A DNA stretch of 64,000 nt from NCBI GenBank assembly GCA_034521815.1, contig JAXHLW010000013.1:320001-384000 (forward strand), read 5' to 3'. Source of the stretch: Trueperaceae bacterium (GTDB taxonomy: Bacteria; Deinococcota; Deinococci; Deinococcales; Trueperaceae). Positions 36,040 through 45,952 of this stretch are shown in pieces. The notes beneath the pieces were generated by a model that worked only from the letters and a program-made list of their open reading frames with translations, did no database searches and had not been told where the DNA came from. Made by a program: the position numbers and the translations under genes. How positions within the stretch are numbered: position 1 is the first letter of the stretch; every line of letters begins with the position of its first letter.

Positions 36040-36173
36040 CGCACCCTCTCTCGCTCGAAGCGCATCGTGCACGTGCTCGGACCTCGCAGGATATCGCGAA
36101 GCGGGTCCGGTCGTCTCGACATGGGAAACCAGGGGAGGGGCGACCTCGTCCTGCGCGCCGCGCAGGACGGTGC

Positions 36174-37025
36174 TCACGGCTCCAGAGGCGCACCCAGCTC
36201 GGCGCGCAATCGACGCCACGTCTCCAGGTCGAGCGCCTCCGCGCGAACGCGACCGTCGAGCTCCAGCGCGTCCAGCGCCGCGCTCACCGCAGCAGCATCG
36301 TGCCCCGCAGCGACGAGGTTCTTGCGAAGGGTCTTGCGACGATGCCTGAACCCTTCGCGGACCAGCGAGAACGTCGCGGCGTCGGGACCGACGCCCGGGT
36401 GCGGATCGATCCGCACGATCGAGCTCGTGACCTTGGGGGCCGGCAAGAAGCAGCCGGGCGAGACGTCGCGAACGATGCGGGCGCTCGCGAAGTGCTGGCA
36501 GAGGAGGCTGTACGCGCCGAATCCCGGGTCGCCGGGACGCGCCACGAGCCGTTCCGCCACCTCGCGCTGGACGAGCACGGCGATTCGTCGGTAACGACCC
36601 GATTCGAGCGCACGCGCGAGCAGGGCGGTCGCGATCTGGTAGGGAAGGTTCGAGACGAGGTAGCTTCCTGGCGGCATGTCGGCGTGGTCGAACCGCATCG
36701 CGTCGCCGATCCGCACCTCGACGTTCGAGAGCGCGTCGGTCGTTTCGCGCAGCGCGGGAAGCAGGCGCGCGTCCAGCTCCAATGCCAGGACATGGACGTC
36801 GCGTGCGGCAAGGGCATGCGTCAGTGCCCCGAGTCCCGGCCCCACCTCCAGCACGGTGGCTCCGGAGGGCGGGTCGGCGGCGTCGACCACGGCGGCGAGA
36901 GCGCGCCGGTCGATCAGGAAGTTCTGGCCGTATCCCTTGTCGGGCGTCAGACCGTGCCGCGCCAACAGCGCGACCACCTCGCGGATCGAGCCCAGGTCGG
37001 GTGGGTCCGAGGATCGACGCCGCAA
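36174..37025 (-). CDS. rsmA: 16S rRNA dimethyladenosine transferase
   Basis: YGQNFLID, LEVGPGLGALT, VSNLPYQI, VQREVAERL, FLPAPKVTS, HRRKTLRKNL. Confidence 0.95.
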   Translation of the reverse strand: MRRRSSDPPDLGSIREVVALLARHGLTPDKGYGQNFLIDRRALAAVVDAADPPSGATVLEVGPGLGALTHALAARDVHVLALELDARLLPALRETTDALSNVEVRIGDAMRFDHADMPPGSYLVSNLPYQIATALLARALESGRYRRIAVLVQREVAERLVARPGDPGFGAYSLLCQHFASARIVRDVSPGCFLPAPKVTSSIVRIDPHPGVGPDAATFSLVREGFRHRRKTLRKNLVAAGHDAAAVSAALDALELDGRVRAEALDLETWRRLRAELGAPLEP

Positions 37026-37032
37026 CGTCGGC

Positions 37033-37524
37033 TCAGCCGATGCGCTCGCGGAGGAGCGACGCGAGCCGCGCTTCGGCGGCGGCCAGGTCGGTCTCGCCGA
37101 CGACGGCGAACTCGCTGGCGAGGAGCATCTTGGCCGACTCCATCACTTCGCGCTCGGTCGCGGCGAGGCCCTTCTCGATGTCGCGCCTGGCCAGCACGCC
37201 CACGAGCCTAGCGAGCTGGTAGGCGTTTCCGGCCGCCAGGATCTCCTGCTCCGCGCGGTAGCGAGGAGGCCACTGCTGGGGGAGGCTGATGTCGCCGTCC
37301 GCCAACGCGGTCTCGAGCTGGCTCAGCTCGTCGGGGCCGACGGTATGCCTGAGGCCCACCTCGCGCCCCTTGCTGAGCGGGACGAGAATTTCCATATTGC
37401 CGCGCACGAACACGATCTTCAGATACTCATGTCGTTCGCCGAGGATCTCGCGCGTGGCGATCTCCTGGACGACGCCTGCCCCTTGTGACGGGTACACAAC
37501 GTGGTCGCCTACCTGGAACTGCAT
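37033..37524 (-). CDS. CarD family transcription factor (second paralog)
   Basis: FQVGDHVVYPSQGAGVV, VGLR, LPQQWPPRYR, AKMLLASE; AGGAGGT SD. Confidence 0.9.
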   Translation of the reverse strand: MQFQVGDHVVYPSQGAGVVQEIATREILGERHEYLKIVFVRGNMEILVPLSKGREVGLRHTVGPDELSQLETALADGDISLPQQWPPRYRAEQEILAAGNAYQLARLVGVLARRDIEKGLAATEREVMESAKMLLASEFAVVGETDLAAAEARLASLLRERIG

Positions 37525-37653
37525 CCGACCTCCTGAAGCACGCTACCATAAGGGTTTTGACCCGCATGGGGCAGGTACCGCCGCTAAGGACCGGCCTGGA
37601 GAGCGCCCCCCGCGGCGCCTCCGCGGCGCCCCCGCGACGCGTCACGCGGAGCG

Positions 37654-39243
37654 TCACGCGACCGAGCCGAACAGTCGCTGCCAGGCGACCAGCGTTCCGA
37701 ACGAGAGCACGAACAGCATCGTCCCGCCGGCGACCGCGGCGGCCAGCGTCCGACCGAACGTCGGGTCGAGGTCGCGGCCGCGGAGCGCGAGCCAGGCGAC
37801 GGCGACACCGGCAGCGACAGCGGCGCCGATCCAGGCGGGCCCGCCGGTGAGGGCCCGGACCTCGGCGGGACCTGGCGTGCTCCATGCCGCGATCGCCACG
37901 ATTCCGGCCAGCACGGTGCCGATGCCCAGCACGGTTCCGTCGATCAGCTCGGCCCGGCCCGACGTCGCGGAGCGGCGACCGAGGAGCGCCGACCCGAGCC
38001 ACCAGAGGGGCGTGAACGCGATCGCGAGCAGCCCGGCCGTCAACAGCGAGACCAGCAGGTGACCGCCTGCGGCGCTCCACGGCCGCCAAGGGTCCCAGTC
38101 CATCGCCGCCACGGCGTGATCGATCCAGCTGGGCTCGTACGCGTCGCGGTCGGTCACGCCCCAGACGTCGAGCCCGCCGCTGTACCGCCCCGAGGACCAG
38201 GCGATCCCGGTCACGCCCGCGGCGTGGCCCGAAGCCGCGCGCTCCGGTGCGGCCGGGAGGCGCAGGACCGTGACCACCGAGCCGTCGGGCGTGGTGCGAC
38301 GCACCTCGTCGCCCTCGGTCCAGGTCCACCGGCCGCCTGGGCGACCGAGCAGCGACCCCGTCCCCAAGACGCGGACGGCGCCGCTCGCGTCGCGCGCCTG
38401 CAGGCGTCCGTCCGGTGCCGGCCAGGCCGCGACGACGCCGTCCCTCGTGGCTGCGATCCGAACGACGTCTCCGGTCCCGACACGGCGAGCGGCGCCGAGC
38501 GTGTCGGGCAGCTCGGGGCGAGGAGCATCGTCGGGCCAGCGGGCGATCAGGGCGCTCCAGTCGCCGTCCATGCGGCCCAGCACCACCTCGCTGCTTCCCT
38601 CGAGCCAGCCGAGCACCACCGCGTCGTTCACGCGCACGGCGTCCAGACCGGCGACGGTCAGCTCGCGAGAATCGCTGTGGCGCACCGAGCCGTCCCAGTC
38701 GTACAGCGAGATGCGCCACCCCTCCGCCGTGGGGACGGCCGCTGCCAGCGTGGGAGCGAGCGACCCGGCCACGATGCTGACGTGGGGTACTTGGGCGGCG
38801 CGCGTCACCTCGCGCGTCTCGCCGCGCCAGCGCCAGACGAGGCGCATCCGGCCGTCGCTCAGGTCGCGTTCGAGCCAGGCGACGACCGGTGCGCCGTCGG
38901 CCCCGCCGGCCCACACGCCGCGCACGCCTCTGGTGCTGGCCAAGCGCTCGGGGTCACCGCGTCCGAGGCGCTCCAGCACGAGTCCCTCGCCGTCCTCCCA
39001 GACGGCGGCCGGTCCTTCGGGCCCTTCGGCGATCGCGACCTGCGCGTCGGCCCCGGCCGCGATCGTCGCGAGCCGCACGGGTCTTCCGAAACCGTGGGAG
39101 GCGATGAACGCGGCATCGGTCGGCGCTCCTTCGGGCTGCGCGCCGACCGGTCCCGCGCACAGCGCGAGGACGAAGCCGAAGAGCGCGACCATGCCAAAGC
39201 GTCGCAGCGGGGAAAGCAGCGGGGAAAAGGGAGCGGAGCGCAC
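37654..39243 (-). CDS. Hypothetical exported beta-rich protein with C-terminal TM helices
   Basis: Signal-like N-terminus (..GPVGA|QP), repeated 'VVAW/VLGW/IAW' strands, about 4 C-terminal TMs; leaderless GTG 7 nt after TACCCT. Confidence 0.7.
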   Translation of the reverse strand: MRSAPFSPLLSPLRRFGMVALFGFVLALCAGPVGAQPEGAPTDAAFIASHGFGRPVRLATIAAGADAQVAIAEGPEGPAAVWEDGEGLVLERLGRGDPERLASTRGVRGVWAGGADGAPVVAWLERDLSDGRMRLVWRWRGETREVTRAAQVPHVSIVAGSLAPTLAAAVPTAEGWRISLYDWDGSVRHSDSRELTVAGLDAVRVNDAVVLGWLEGSSEVVLGRMDGDWSALIARWPDDAPRPELPDTLGAARRVGTGDVVRIAATRDGVVAAWPAPDGRLQARDASGAVRVLGTGSLLGRPGGRWTWTEGDEVRRTTPDGSVVTVLRLPAAPERAASGHAAGVTGIAWSSGRYSGGLDVWGVTDRDAYEPSWIDHAVAAMDWDPWRPWSAAGGHLLVSLLTAGLLAIAFTPLWWLGSALLGRRSATSGRAELIDGTVLGIGTVLAGIVAIAAWSTPGPAEVRALTGGPAWIGAAVAAGVAVAWLALRGRDLDPTFGRTLAAAVAGGTMLFVLSFGTLVAWQRLFGSVA

Positions 39244-39382
39244 GAGGAGAAGGGTACCGCGGGGCCTGGGAGTCGCACGTCCCGAGGCGACCGCGTTCTT
39301 GCGGCCCCGTAGGCGACGTTGCCGCCAGGTCGGTCCCGCTACCCTCCAGAGGTCCGCCGAACGGCGGACGGAAGGAGACCCC

Positions 39383-39808
39383 ATGCCCGTACGTAAAGGA
39401 AACGCCGTGTGGAGCGGCGACCTCAAGTCCGGAAACGGCACCGTGAGCGTCGAGAGCGGGACGTTCGATTCGTCCTACTCGTTCGCTTCCCGCTTCGAGC
39501 AAGGCGCTGGAACGAACCCCGACGAGCTGATCGGCGCGGCGCTCGCCGCCTGCTTCTCGATGGCGTTGAGCAACGAGCTGGCGAAGGACGGCCACACGCC
39601 CACGCGGGTGGCGACCGAGGCCCGGGTGCATCTGTCGACGGACGGCGGCGCTCATCTCGAGCGCATCGATCTCGTCTGCGAGGCCGAGGTTCCCGGCATC
39701 GACGAGGCGACGTTCGCGCCCTACGCCGACGGCGCCAAGTCCGGCTGCCCGGTGAGCAAGGCGCTCGCCGGCGTCGAGATCACGCTTCAGACCACGCTGA
39801 GCTCCTGA
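39383..39808 (+). CDS. osmC: OsmC family peroxiredoxin
   Basis: AVWSGDLKSGNG, YSFASRFE, GTNPDELIGAALAACFSMAL, CPVSKAL. Confidence 0.95.
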   Translation: MPVRKGNAVWSGDLKSGNGTVSVESGTFDSSYSFASRFEQGAGTNPDELIGAALAACFSMALSNELAKDGHTPTRVATEARVHLSTDGGAHLERIDLVCEAEVPGIDEATFAPYADGAKSGCPVSKALAGVEITLQTTLSS

Positions 39809-39856
39809 CGACGAGGCGCGTCGCCGCGCGTCGTCGCTACGCGGCGTGGCGCCGCG

Positions 39857-41794
39857 TCAGGGTCCGCCCGTCGCCGTACCGGCCTTGCGAAACTGCGTCT
39901 CGAACAGGGTCCTGTAGAGTCCGTCGGTCGCCACGAGCTGTTCGTGGCGACCGATCTGAACGATGCGGCCTCCCTGCAGCACCACGATCCGGTCGGCGCC
40001 GACCACCGTCGACAGCCGGTGCGCGATCACCAGGCTGGTCCGGCCTCGCATCAGGCGTTCGAGCGCATCCTGGATCAGCGCCTCGGACTCGCTGTCGAGG
40101 CTGCTGGTCGCCTCGTCGAGCACCAGCACGCCCGGATCCTTGAGCAGGGCGCGAGCGATCGCGATCCGTTGCCGCTGTCCGCCCGACAGCCGCAGACCCC
40201 GCTCGCCGACGAGCGTGTCCCAGCCGTCCGGTAGCGCACGCACGAACTCGGCGGCGTGCGCCGCCTCGGCTGCCGCCATCAGCTCGTCGTCGCTCGCGTC
40301 CGGTCGTCCGTAGCGGACGTTGTCGGCCACCGACCCCGAGAACAGCTGCGTCTCCTGGGGCACCAGCCCCACCTGGGCACGCACCTCGGCAGGGTCGGCG
40401 TCGCGGAGATCGACGCCGCCGAGTCGGACGGCGCCCTGCTGGGGATCGAAGAACCGCGGCAGCAGCGACGCCAGCGTGCTCTTTCCGGCGCCGGACGGAC
40501 CGACGAGCGCCACGACCTCGCCGGGTCGGATCGCGAGGTCCACGTCGCGAAGCACCCACGGCTCGGTCGCGGCGTCTTCCGGTTCGGCGCCGGACGCCTC
40601 TCCGCCGGACGCCTCCCCGCCGGACGCCTCGCTGCCGCCTGGGGCGGTCCGATCGGCGTTCCGCTCCGAGCTCGAGGCGACGATCTCGTCGTAGCGGAAC
40701 CAGACGTGTTCGAAGCGGACATCGCGCGGACCGTCTGGGAGGGGCGTGGGGACCGTGGGCACGGGCAGGTCGGGCCGCTCGTCGAGCAGCTCGAAGATGC
40801 GGCGCGACGCCCCGAGCCCCTCTTGCAGCTGGGCGAACAGGCCGGTGAACGTCGCGACCGAGCCGGCGATGAACAGCGTGAGCAGCAGGAAGGCGATCAG
40901 GTCGCCGGGTGCGAGCGAGCCGGCGAGCACCTGGCGACCGCCGTACCAGAGCACCAGCGTGACGCCGGTGAACATCGCCAGGATCACCGACGGCACGAAG
41001 ACGGCGCGCACCCGGACGCGACGCTTGGCCGAACGCCAGGCGGCGTCGATGCCGGCACGGTAGCGGGCGCGCTCGACCGCTTCCCCGGTGAACGACTGCA
41101 CGATGCGGATGTTGGCGATCGCCTCCTCGGCGTCGGCGTTGGCGTCCGCGACCTGGTCCTGGAACTCGCGCGACAGCCGCCTGAGCCGCCGGCCGACCAC
41201 GGCGCCGCCGATGATCACCGGAGGCACGACCGCGAGCATGACCAGCGTCAGACGTGCGTTGATGAACAGCAGCGCGGCCGCGCCGCCGACCAGCGTCACG
41301 AGCTGGTTCACGAACTGCGCCAGCGCGTTCGAGACCAGCGACTGGACCGTCCCGACGTCGCTGGCGAGTCGCGAGGTGATCTCGCCGGTCTTGCGGCGCA
41401 GGAAGAAGGCGGGGGAGAGGTCCATCAGGTGCGAGAACAGCCGCGTCCGCAGATCGGCCACCACGCCTTCGCCCACCAGGCCGAGGAGGTAGACGCGCAA
41501 GAAGTTGAACCCGGCCTGCAGGGCGAAGATCGCGACGAGCAGAAGCGCGATCCTGCCTGGAGCGGCGCTCGCGGCCGTGTCCGCGTCCGCCCCCGCTGCG
41601 GCGAAGGCGTCGTTGAACAGATCGCGCGACAGCAGCGGGAACGCGAGCTGGACCAGCCCCGCGATCAGCGTCGCCACGAGGGCGGTGATCAGCTGCAGGC
41701 GGTAGGGCCGCGTGAACGCGAGCAGCCGGCGGATCTGGCGAAGGTCGGGTCGGCCGCGGCGACGGGGCGCTCGCGGTTCGGGGCGCTCGGGCAT
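39857..41794 (-). CDS. ABC exporter, fused TMD-NBD (MsbA-like)
   Basis: Six-TM domain, GPSGAGKST, LSGGQRQR, LDEATSSLD, IAHRLST; low-complexity GGEAS repeat insert in the NBD. Confidence 0.93.
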   Translation of the reverse strand: MPERPEPRAPRRRGRPDLRQIRRLLAFTRPYRLQLITALVATLIAGLVQLAFPLLSRDLFNDAFAAAGADADTAASAAPGRIALLLVAIFALQAGFNFLRVYLLGLVGEGVVADLRTRLFSHLMDLSPAFFLRRKTGEITSRLASDVGTVQSLVSNALAQFVNQLVTLVGGAAALLFINARLTLVMLAVVPPVIIGGAVVGRRLRRLSREFQDQVADANADAEEAIANIRIVQSFTGEAVERARYRAGIDAAWRSAKRRVRVRAVFVPSVILAMFTGVTLVLWYGGRQVLAGSLAPGDLIAFLLLTLFIAGSVATFTGLFAQLQEGLGASRRIFELLDERPDLPVPTVPTPLPDGPRDVRFEHVWFRYDEIVASSSERNADRTAPGGSEASGGEASGGEASGAEPEDAATEPWVLRDVDLAIRPGEVVALVGPSGAGKSTLASLLPRFFDPQQGAVRLGGVDLRDADPAEVRAQVGLVPQETQLFSGSVADNVRYGRPDASDDELMAAAEAAHAAEFVRALPDGWDTLVGERGLRLSGGQRQRIAIARALLKDPGVLVLDEATSSLDSESEALIQDALERLMRGRTSLVIAHRLSTVVGADRIVVLQGGRIVQIGRHEQLVATDGLYRTLFETQFRKAGTATGGP

Positions 41795-41858
41795 CCCACC
41801 ACGATACCTGCGAGGCGCGGTACCGTCGCTGGCGACCCCAGACGCCGAGGAGGCCGCC

Positions 41859-43814
41859 GTGCCGGACACGCCCCTGTGGATTCCCGACGACGACCGTGTG
41901 GCGAACGCCGCCATGACGCGGTTCCGGCGTGACGCCGAGACCGTGGCAGGTCGGTCGCTTCCCGACTACGATGCGCTGCACGCCTGGAGCGTCGACGCGC
42001 CCGACGCGTTCTGGTCGCTCCTGGCCGACCGCTGGATCGCGTGGCGCGAGCCACCCGCGCGGGTTCGTTCCGACGACCCCCTTCCGTTCGTGCGTTGGTT
42101 CGAGGGCGGCACCGCCAACGTCGTCGACCGCCTGCTCTGGCCGGACGGCGTCCAGGACCACGACGTCGCGATCATCGCCAGCGCCGAGGGATGCCCGACC
42201 CGTCGCTGGACGTTCGCCGACCTGCGGGCCGAGGTCGCCAGCATTCAAGCGGGCTTCCGCGCCGCCGGTCTCGTCGCCGGCGACGCGGTGGCCGCCTACG
42301 CCGCGAACGTGCCCGAAGCGGTCGCTGCGCTGATGGCGTGCGCCGCGGACGGGCTGGTGTTCACGAGCGGAAGCCCCGATTTCGGGGCCGACGCTGCGGC
42401 CGCGCGCTTCGCCCAGCTGCGTCCGAAGGCGCTGCTCGCCTCGCCCGCGTCGCGCTACGGGGGCCGGCGCCACGATGCGGGCGAGACGGTCGGTGCGCTC
42501 GCCGCCGCGCTGCCCAGCGCCACGCTGCGCGTCGCGCTGCCCGTGCCTGGCGAGCCGGACGCCCCGGTGCCCCGCGGCTTCGAGTCGTGGCGGTCGTGGA
42601 CCGGCCGGCAGCCTGCGGGATCCGCCCCTACCACGCGCGCGCTTCCGTTCGACCATCCCATCTACGTCCTGTACTCGTCGGGCACCACCGGCACGCCCAA
42701 GGCGATCCGGCACCGCGCCGGCGGCGCCCTGTTGAGCCAGTGGAAGGAGCTCGGCCTCCATTGCGACGTGCGCACCGGCGACCGGGTCCTCTACTACACG
42801 ACGACCGGCTGGATGATGTGGAACTGGCTGGTCGCCGCGCTCGGCGTCGGCGCCGCGATCGTCCTCGTCGACGGGTCGCCCGCGCATCCCGACCCGCTGC
42901 GGCTGTGGCGGCTGGCGCGCGACGAGGAGGTGACCTTCTTCGGGACCAGCGCGCGCTTCCTCCACGGCCTGGCCAGCGCCGGTGCGCGGCCGGGGGAGCT
43001 GGGCCTGCCGCGGCTCCGTACCGTGGCCTCGACCGGCTCGCCGCTCTCCGAGGCCGGGTTCCGCTACGTGTACGAGCATGTCGCGTCCGACGTGCATCTG
43101 GCCAGCATCTCGGGCGGTACCGACATCGTGTCGTGCTTCCTGGCGGGCGTTCCGACGCTACCGGTGTACGCGGGGCAGCTTCAGCGCCCGGGCCTGGGCG
43201 TGGACCTCGCGGTGATGGACCAAGAGGGGCGCGAGCTGGACGGCGGTCCCGGCGAGCTGGTGTGCCGCAGCGATCTGCCTTCGATGCCGCTGGGGTTCGT
43301 CGGCGATGCGGACGGGTCTCGCTACCGCGCGACGTACGCGGCCCGTGTTCCAGGCGCATGGACGCACGGCGATCGGATCGAGCGCACCGCCCAGGGCGGG
43401 TATCGCCACCACGGACGCAGCGACGCGACGCTGAATCCCGGCGGCGTGCGTATCGGCAGCGCGGAGGTGACCGGTCCCGTGCTCGCGCTGCCCGAGGTGG
43501 CCGACGCGGTCGCGGTGGCCCGGCGCAGCGAGCACGACGAGGAGATCTGGCTGTTGATCGTTCCGGCGGACGGAACGGGCGCGAACGGAGCCGACCTCGA
43601 GGCGCGCCTGCGTGCCACGATTCGCCGCTGCGCCAGTCCGCGCCACGTGCCCGCCACGGTCCTGCTGGTGCCGGACCTGCCGCGGACGCGCAGCGGCAAG
43701 ACGATGGAGCTCGCGATCGCCGAGGTGGTGAACGGTCGCTGGCCGTCGAACACGGACTCCGCCGCGAACCCAGGGGCGTTCGCCGGGATCGCGGAGCGCA
43801 TCCGCGAGCCGTGA
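41859..43814 (+). CDS. Acetoacetate--CoA ligase
   Basis: YVLYSSGTTGTPK, YTTTGWMMWNW, LASISGGTDIVSCF, GRSDATLNPGGVRIGS, RTRSGK. Confidence 0.92.
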   Translation: MPDTPLWIPDDDRVANAAMTRFRRDAETVAGRSLPDYDALHAWSVDAPDAFWSLLADRWIAWREPPARVRSDDPLPFVRWFEGGTANVVDRLLWPDGVQDHDVAIIASAEGCPTRRWTFADLRAEVASIQAGFRAAGLVAGDAVAAYAANVPEAVAALMACAADGLVFTSGSPDFGADAAAARFAQLRPKALLASPASRYGGRRHDAGETVGALAAALPSATLRVALPVPGEPDAPVPRGFESWRSWTGRQPAGSAPTTRALPFDHPIYVLYSSGTTGTPKAIRHRAGGALLSQWKELGLHCDVRTGDRVLYYTTTGWMMWNWLVAALGVGAAIVLVDGSPAHPDPLRLWRLARDEEVTFFGTSARFLHGLASAGARPGELGLPRLRTVASTGSPLSEAGFRYVYEHVASDVHLASISGGTDIVSCFLAGVPTLPVYAGQLQRPGLGVDLAVMDQEGRELDGGPGELVCRSDLPSMPLGFVGDADGSRYRATYAARVPGAWTHGDRIERTAQGGYRHHGRSDATLNPGGVRIGSAEVTGPVLALPEVADAVAVARRSEHDEEIWLLIVPADGTGANGADLEARLRATIRRCASPRHVPATVLLVPDLPRTRSGKTMELAIAEVVNGRWPSNTDSAANPGAFAGIAERIREP

Positions 43815-43842
43815 CGAGGGCCGCTCGTAAGAGCGGCCCTCG
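43815..43842. terminator. Hairpin with GNRA loop between convergent genes
   Basis: CGAGGGCCGCTC-gtaa-GAGCGGCCCTCG. Confidence 0.7.
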
Positions 43843-43874
43843 CGGGTCTCGGGGGAGTCGTGGACTCGGCCGGG

Positions 43875-44720
43875 TCAGCCCTTGACGGATCCGGCGGTGA
43901 GACCCTCGACGATCCGGTTCTGGAACAGCAGGACCAGGATCACCAGCGGGATCGTCACGATCACGGCGGCCGCCATGATCTCGCCGAACGGCTCTTGACG
44001 CGCCACCTCGCCGGTGAACAGCGCGATCGCGACCGGCACGGTCCGTGACTGCTCCTCGATGATCGTGAAGGTCAGCGCGAACAGGTACTCGTTCCACGCC
44101 TGGATGAACGCCAGCAGGCCGGTCGTGACCATCGCCGGCGCGGCGAGCGGCAGAAGCACGTAGACGAAGCTCTGCATCATCGTGGCGCCGTCCACCTGCG
44201 CCGCCTGCAACAGCGAGTCGGGCAGGCCGCGGAAGAACGAGGTGAGCACCCAGACGGTGAACGGCAACGTGAACAGCATGTAGGAGAGGATCATGCTGGG
44301 GATCGCGGGCATGTTCAGCACCCGGATCACGGCGTACAGGCCGGCAAGCACCGCGATCTGCGGGAACATCGTCATCGCCAGGATCACGTACAGCGACGGC
44401 GTCTTGCCGCGGAAGCGCATCTTGCCCAGGGCGTAGCCGGCGAACGACCCGACCACCAGGCTCAGCGCCGTGACGGCGACGGAGACCAAGGTGCTGTTCC
44501 AGAGCGCGCGCAGGAACGTCTGGCTGCTCAGCACGGCCCGGAAGTTCTGCAGCGTCGGCTCGTCGGGCCAGAGCGTGGCGGGCGTCTGGATCAGCTCCCG
44601 CTGCGTCTTCAGGGCCGAGATGAGCGCCCAGTAGAACGGGAACATCAGGTAGATGAAGATGGCGATGATCAGGATCCAGAAGCCGATGCGCTGCAGGATG
44701 TGGAGGGTCCGCTTGTTCAT
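43875..44720 (-). CDS. Carbohydrate ABC permease (MalG-like)
   Basis: MFPFYW, TMFPQIA, EAA-like loop (LLQAAQVDGA), FIQAWNEYLFAL, IVEGLTAGSVKG. Confidence 0.93.
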   Translation of the reverse strand: MNKRTLHILQRIGFWILIIAIFIYLMFPFYWALISALKTQRELIQTPATLWPDEPTLQNFRAVLSSQTFLRALWNSTLVSVAVTALSLVVGSFAGYALGKMRFRGKTPSLYVILAMTMFPQIAVLAGLYAVIRVLNMPAIPSMILSYMLFTLPFTVWVLTSFFRGLPDSLLQAAQVDGATMMQSFVYVLLPLAAPAMVTTGLLAFIQAWNEYLFALTFTIIEEQSRTVPVAIALFTGEVARQEPFGEIMAAAVIVTIPLVILVLLFQNRIVEGLTAGSVKG

Positions 44721-45811
44721 TCGGTCTCGACCCCCAGGATCCGGATGTAGCTGAGCGCGAAGCCGAAGATCAGGACGAAGATCACCACCGACGCAGCGGA
44801 CGACATGCCGACGTCACGAACGCTGATCAGCATGTCCTGCGCATAGGACGCCATCGAGTATCTCGATCGTCCGAGGACCACCTGGAAGATGTCGAACACG
44901 CGTAGCGAGTCCAGGGTCCGGAAGATGAGCGCCACGGCCAACGTCGGCATGAGCAGGGGAAGCGTGATCGAGAAGAACTGGCGAAACGGGTTGGCACCGT
45001 CGACCTTCGCGGCCTCGTAGAGCTCCTTGGGGATGGTGGACAGCCCCGCGAGCAGCAGCAGCGCCATGAACGGCGTCGTCTTCCAGACGTCCATGACGAT
45101 CATGCTGGGCAGCTGCAGCGACGCCTCGCCGAAGAAGTTCGTGCGTCCGTCGTTCAGCCCCAGCGCCGCACCGACGGTGTTGAACAGCCCTGCTCGCGTC
45201 GGCTGCAGCATCCACTCCCAGATGCGTGCCGAGACCGCGGTGATCACCGCCCACGGGACGAGCATCGCGGCGCGCATCGCGCCGCGACCGAAGAACTTCG
45301 CGGTGAGCGCCAGCGCGATGATCATGCCCAGCACGGTCTCGAAGAACACGGCCACCACCGAGAACACGATGGTGTCCCAGACCGCGCGGATGAACTCCGG
45401 GGTGATCGCTCCGATCACGTAGCGGTTCCCGACCAGGCCGAACTCCCAGACGGCGCGGTAGCGCTGCGGCTCGCGCGGAAGAATGCGAACCCAGCTCTCG
45501 TACTGCACCTCGCCGTCCTCGACGACGGGGTTCCCGTCGTCGTCCAGCTCGACGGGGAGCTGCCGAAGGGTGACCGAGAGGAGCTGCTGGTAGTTCTGCA
45601 AACCGACCCAGGTTCCCGGGTTGCCCGACGCGAACTCGCGCTGGCGGAACGACTCGACGAAGACCTGTCCCAGCGGATAGAAGGCGATGATCAAAATGAT
45701 GACGAAGGTAGGGATCAACAGCCAGAGAGCGGTGCGCTCCTCGGCCTTGGCCAGCTCGGAGGGACCGCCGGAGCGGACCTTCTTCGCGCCATCTCGGGAC
45801 GGATCGGCCAT
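44717..45811 (-). CDS. Carbohydrate ABC permease (MalF-like)
   Basis: WVGLQNY, LVPWAV, DVWKTTPFMALLLLAGL, LYEAAKVDGA, RTLDSLRVFD. Confidence 0.93.
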   Translation of the reverse strand: MADPSRDGAKKVRSGGPSELAKAEERTALWLLIPTFVIILIIAFYPLGQVFVESFRQREFASGNPGTWVGLQNYQQLLSVTLRQLPVELDDDGNPVVEDGEVQYESWVRILPREPQRYRAVWEFGLVGNRYVIGAITPEFIRAVWDTIVFSVVAVFFETVLGMIIALALTAKFFGRGAMRAAMLVPWAVITAVSARIWEWMLQPTRAGLFNTVGAALGLNDGRTNFFGEASLQLPSMIVMDVWKTTPFMALLLLAGLSTIPKELYEAAKVDGANPFRQFFSITLPLLMPTLAVALIFRTLDSLRVFDIFQVVLGRSRYSMASYAQDMLISVRDVGMSSAASVVIFVLIFGFALSYIRILGVETE

Positions 45812-45867
45812 GAGCACCTCCTAGCGAACGCGCGTGCAGCGGTGGGGACGGACGACCGCGGTAGCCG

Positions 45868-45901
45868 AGCGACCAGGTCGGACGGGTCCGACCTGGTCGC
45901 T
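45868..45901. promoter_or_regulatory. Intercistronic stem-loop after the solute-binding-protein gene
   Basis: 16-bp perfect inverted repeat AGCGACCAGGTCGGAC-gg-GTCCGACCTGGTCGCT. Confidence 0.7.
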
Positions 45902-45952
45902 GGCTCGCGGTGGCGCGGACGCCTCACGCGTCGGGTCGAGGATGGGCTGCTG

